Source: Thermoproteota archaeon (GTDB lineage: Archaea > Asgardarchaeota > Jordiarchaeia > Jordiarchaeales > Freyrarchaeaceae). Taken from it: a stretch of DNA of 64,000 nucleotides. Of this stretch, positions 60,886 to 64,000 are shown piece by piece (within the stretch, counting starts at the first letter, position 1; every line of letters starts with the position of its first letter). The translations under genes were made by a program, and so were the position numbers. The notes beneath the pieces are model-generated. The model searched no databases. It was given only the letters and a program-made list of their open reading frames with translations, and was not told where the DNA came from. The stretch lies in contig JAPDJY010000006.1 of NCBI GenBank assembly GCA_029258835.1, forward strand, positions 1 through 64,000. Direction: 5' to 3'.

Positions 60886-62214
60886 CTACTTAAACCATGG
60901 TTCTGGAAACTTTAACTTCTCGTGTATTTTATCCTCGAATATCTGCTTCGCTGTAACTAGCATCGACTTCTCCACTGCTGCGATGTTATTGTTTGTTGCC
61001 ACGATCAGGTTCGCCTTCTTTATCACTCCCTCGTCATCCGTCCAGTAGTTGTAGATGAGCGTCCCTCTGGGGGCCTCAACGATCGCTACCCCCACGCCCT
61101 CCTTCGGAGTCACCGTTTCAAGCTTAACGTCGGCACTAACTATTTCAGGATCCTCTAGCAGCTTCTTAGCTTTTTCAACAGCCTGAACCAGCTCGATTAT
61201 CCTAGCCCAGTTGTAGGCAAGAGTTGCATGGCATGGTCTCCCAACAGTGTCCCTGAACTCCTTAAGGAGCTCCTGGGCTTTCGGCGTCTCCATCCTGTCG
61301 GCAACGTTGATCCTCGCCAGTGGACCTGCACGCCATATTCCGTCAGGGTAGCCGGCAGGCTTAAAGAAGATGTGCGTAGCGTACGAGTGAGGGGCGACAC
61401 GCTCTCCGGCGTACTTGAGGTAGTCCCCCTTCGGGAAGTCCGCTGCAACCTTACCGTCAGGGTCCATGACTCTAACCGTCGCCTTGGGATCATAGATTGT
61501 GTGAACTCCCTCAACGTTCAAGCCAATGTAATATGTGGGCACAACTCCGAGCTTCGTGATCACGTCAAGGTATCCTTCAACGATCTTCCTCGTCACTTCA
61601 ACGGTGAAATCAGCCAGTTCCTCGCCCTCATTGACCAGTTTAAGCAGCTCATCCCTTTCCTCCTCGGTTAACCGTTTAGCCATTCCTCCCGGAATCCCCG
61701 TGACAGGGTGGACAGAGCGGCCGCCCACATACCTGCAGATCGTCTGACCAACACGCATAAGAGCTATAGCCTTCTTAGCAGCGTCAGGCATGTTCTTGAT
61801 TATCCCAACAAGGTTCCTTACGGATGGATCGGCGAATGGACCAGCCAGAAAGTCTGGTGCGGCTAGAGCATAAAAGTGCAGTGCATGACTTGAAATCTGC
61901 TTACCCTGCATTAAAAGGTCTCTAAGCTTCACCGCTGCAGAGGGTGGAGTAACATCCCATGCAGCCTCAACAGCCTCTAAGCTGCATACGTGATGGGGCT
62001 CAGGGCATATCCCACAGATCCTCGGAGTCAGCCGTGGAGCCTGCTCTGCGAGACGCCCTTCAAGAAACTTCTCAAACATGCGTGTGAGAGTGATGCTAAA
62101 CATCAGGTCGTCCACTTCGCCCCTCTCGTTCAGCTTAAGAACTATTTTCGCATGACCCTCAAGCCTCGTCGCAGGCTCAATAACAATAGTCCTTTCCTCA
62201 CCCATTTTCCCCAC
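60886..62214 (-). CDS. vhuA: F420-non-reducing [NiFeSe] hydrogenase large subunit, N-terminal part
   Basis: TRLEGH, RICGICPEPH, EAPRGTL, IVAT; ends without DPCxxCxxH. Confidence 0.93.
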   Translation of the reverse strand: MGKMGEERTIVIEPATRLEGHAKIVLKLNERGEVDDLMFSITLTRMFEKFLEGRLAEQAPRLTPRICGICPEPHHVCSLEAVEAAWDVTPPSAAVKLRDLLMQGKQISSHALHFYALAAPDFLAGPFADPSVRNLVGIIKNMPDAAKKAIALMRVGQTICRYVGGRSVHPVTGIPGGMAKRLTEEERDELLKLVNEGEELADFTVEVTRKIVEGYLDVITKLGVVPTYYIGLNVEGVHTIYDPKATVRVMDPDGKVAADFPKGDYLKYAGERVAPHSYATHIFFKPAGYPDGIWRAGPLARINVADRMETPKAQELLKEFRDTVGRPCHATLAYNWARIIELVQAVEKAKKLLEDPEIVSADVKLETVTPKEGVGVAIVEAPRGTLIYNYWTDDEGVIKKANLIVATNNNIAAVEKSMLVTAKQIFEDKIHEKLKFPEPWFK

Positions 62215-63129
62215 CTACTTCCTCCTGTCAGTTACCGCCCTCGGTATTATCGCTGATGGAAGAGTAAACCTGCTGAACGTGCCGACAACATCCTTAACAG
62301 CCTTAACAAGCTCCTCAGGACTGACCGACTCGTAATCCACAATCGACGCCAGCGCGCTAAGCATCTTAGCCCCCTGATCCAACACGTTAGGCCCGGGACC
62401 CATACACCCCTTGCAAGGGACCCCCGCAGACGGACACACCGCGCCGCACCCCGCCCTAGTCGCAGGACCCATGCAGATGTACCCTTGCTCCAGCAGGCAC
62501 TTCTCAGGGTCAGGTATGCCCTCAAAGTCCCTCTTAATCTTCTTAACAACCACAACGTCCGATTTAACACGTGGACACTCGTCGCAAAGGGTTCTCTCCT
62601 TAAGCTTCGGCATCTCTCCTTTAAGGAGGCTAGTTAAAACCTCCGCTATCAGCTTAGGCTCAGGAGGACACCCCGGCACTAACAAGTCATACTTGACGAT
62701 GGACGGATTCGGCTTCACGTAGTCAAGCATCTTGGGAACCACCCTGTCGGGTATCCTCCCATCAACTACGCTCTCAGCCTCCATGAACTTACGCCTCAAA
62801 GCCTCATCGATAGGGTAGAGGTTCAGAAGCGCCGGAAGCCCCCCGAAAGTGGAGCATGCACCATAAGAAACCAGCATTTTACACTTCTGACGTGCAAGCT
62901 TCAACAAGTGAACATCCTCTTCCGTCCTGCAGAAACCCTCTGTGAGGCCAAGATCCACCGAGCCGTCGGGGAGCCCCTCAAGATCCTTAAACTTATAATC
63001 CACGACAGTATGCCAAAAAACTATGTCAAGCTGCGGGATCACATCGAGCAACGCCTCATGCAAGTCTAATAGACTCTGCCAACAACCCCAACAGCTACTG
63101 AGCTGAATGAATGCTACCTTAACTGGCAT
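62215..63129 (-). CDS. mvhG: F420-non-reducing hydrogenase small subunit
   Basis: SSCWGC, GAC, PGCPP, CDECP, CLL.QG.ICMGP.T.AGC...C....PC.GC. Confidence 0.93.
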   Translation of the reverse strand: MPVKVAFIQLSSCWGCWQSLLDLHEALLDVIPQLDIVFWHTVVDYKFKDLEGLPDGSVDLGLTEGFCRTEEDVHLLKLARQKCKMLVSYGACSTFGGLPALLNLYPIDEALRRKFMEAESVVDGRIPDRVVPKMLDYVKPNPSIVKYDLLVPGCPPEPKLIAEVLTSLLKGEMPKLKERTLCDECPRVKSDVVVVKKIKRDFEGIPDPEKCLLEQGYICMGPATRAGCGAVCPSAGVPCKGCMGPGPNVLDQGAKMLSALASIVDYESVSPEELVKAVKDVVGTFSRFTLPSAIIPRAVTDRRK

Positions 63130-63142
63130 GTTAAAACCTCCA

Positions 63143-63559
63143 TTATCCTTTTCGAAGCGGGCTTGGCCCAAGCTCCTTAAGTTTTTTAACAAATTCTTCG
63201 ACTGCGTTTACGAGCTCTGCCCCCTCGCTTGCCGATATCCATTTAAGCATTAACCTGTCGGGGTTTAAGCCTAGCTGATGTAGCATCGCCCTTAAGAGGG
63301 CGATCCTGCGTTCAGCACGGTAATTTCCTCTGACGTAGTGGCAATCTCCGGGATGGCAGCCGGCAACTAGGACGCCGTCGGCGCCCAGCTCGAAGGCTTT
63401 CAGGACGAATTGGGGGTCGACTCTGCCGCTGCATAAAACTCTGATGATTCTGATGTTTGGCGGGTACTGCATCCGGCTCGTGCCGGCCATGTCGGCTCCT
63501 GCGTAACTGCACCAGTTACAGAAGATGCCTAGGATCTTGGGTTCGAAGCCGTCGCTCAT
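63143..63559 (-). CDS. mvhD: Hydrogenase [2Fe-2S] subunit MvhD/VhuD, all-cysteine form
   Basis: FCNWCSYAGAD, CSGRV, GCHPGDCHY, WISASEG. Confidence 0.95.
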   Translation of the reverse strand: MSDGFEPKILGIFCNWCSYAGADMAGTSRMQYPPNIRIIRVLCSGRVDPQFVLKAFELGADGVLVAGCHPGDCHYVRGNYRAERRIALLRAMLHQLGLNPDRLMLKWISASEGAELVNAVEEFVKKLKELGPSPLRKG

Positions 63560-63882
63560 TTCCATCATCTCCTTCATATAGTGAGGGGATGGTAAAGGTA
63601 AAAACTCGTATTTCACGAGCTTCTTTCCTTATTTTAAAGTTTCGGGAGAGGCTGCGTGTCACCCTTTAAGGCTGAAGCCATAGGTGGCTGCCATGTTTCT
63701 TAGGTCGTTGAGGTGGGGAACGGTGGAACATGTTTTTTCAACTTTGTTGCGAGACGTCGGCTCGGAGGGATTCTGGGCTTTCAGCGGAAAAGATAAATAT
63801 TTTTAGTAGTCTTAAGTTGGTTGCGTTAGGGGGGCTCCCCCCGCAGCTGCATGGTTACTTTAAAGCTTGAAGGAGGCTCTTT

Positions 63883-64000
63883 ATGGGTGAGAAGGTGGGC
63901 GAGGAACCGCGGGTAGGCGTTTTCATATGTCATTGCGGCACCAACATTGCCGGCGTAATAGATGTTGAGGAACTGGTCAGGTATGCTTCGAAGCTTCCCG
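63883..64000 (+). CDS. hdrA: Heterodisulfide reductase subunit A, N-terminus (partial)
   Basis: MGEKVGEEPRVGVFICHCGTNIAGVIDVEELVRYASKLP; GGAGG RBS. Confidence 0.92.
   Translation, partial: MGEKVGEEPRVGVFICHCGTNIAGVIDVEELVRYASKLP

Noticed and set aside
63143-63559. mvhD as a selenoprotein
   Set aside because: All conserved positions are TGC/TGT; no in-frame TGA
1-64000. CRISPR array, rRNA, integrase or intact transposase
   Set aside because: No repeat-spacer periodicity, rRNA signature or recombinase/transposase ORF seen

Overview
Archaeal chromosomal window. The gene set suggests an anaerobe, probably thermophilic: archaeal Wood-Ljungdahl and C1-cofactor genes (cdhA, ftr, mtd, mfnB, mfnE), coenzyme M-type genes (comA, comB, comD, comE), mtxX, an Mvh/Vhu hydrogenase next to hdrA, FBP aldolase/phosphatase, archaeal SAM synthetase and carAB. 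A eukaryote-type SECIS element and an MglA/Arf-like GTPase point to an Asgard-related lineage (inference). Several features are missing from the ORF track. (1) A 49-codon selenoprotein gene (vhuU, motif D-C-U-x-x-C-x-x-H) completes a truncated hydrogenase large subunit; its own UGA stop codon forms the core of a eukaryote-like SECIS hairpin. (2) A tRNA-Pro(CGG) carries three BHB introns at non-canonical positions. (3) A herA-nurA pair is transcribed divergently from a translationally coupled array of five paralogous single-domain winged-helix genes; a sixth paralogue lies 11 kb away, across a decaying sulfur/Fe-S/thiamine/redox block. (4) A palindromic operator recurs in that block. (5) Two structured intergenic elements look like orphan tnpB 3' ends (omega-RNA-like). 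Unusual domain architectures include GTPase-wHTH with a Q-to-L switch II change, wHTH-CARF, and a duplicated TrmB-like domain on an ABC ATPase. No CRISPR array or rRNA was seen. All calls come from motif recognition by eye; no database search was run.
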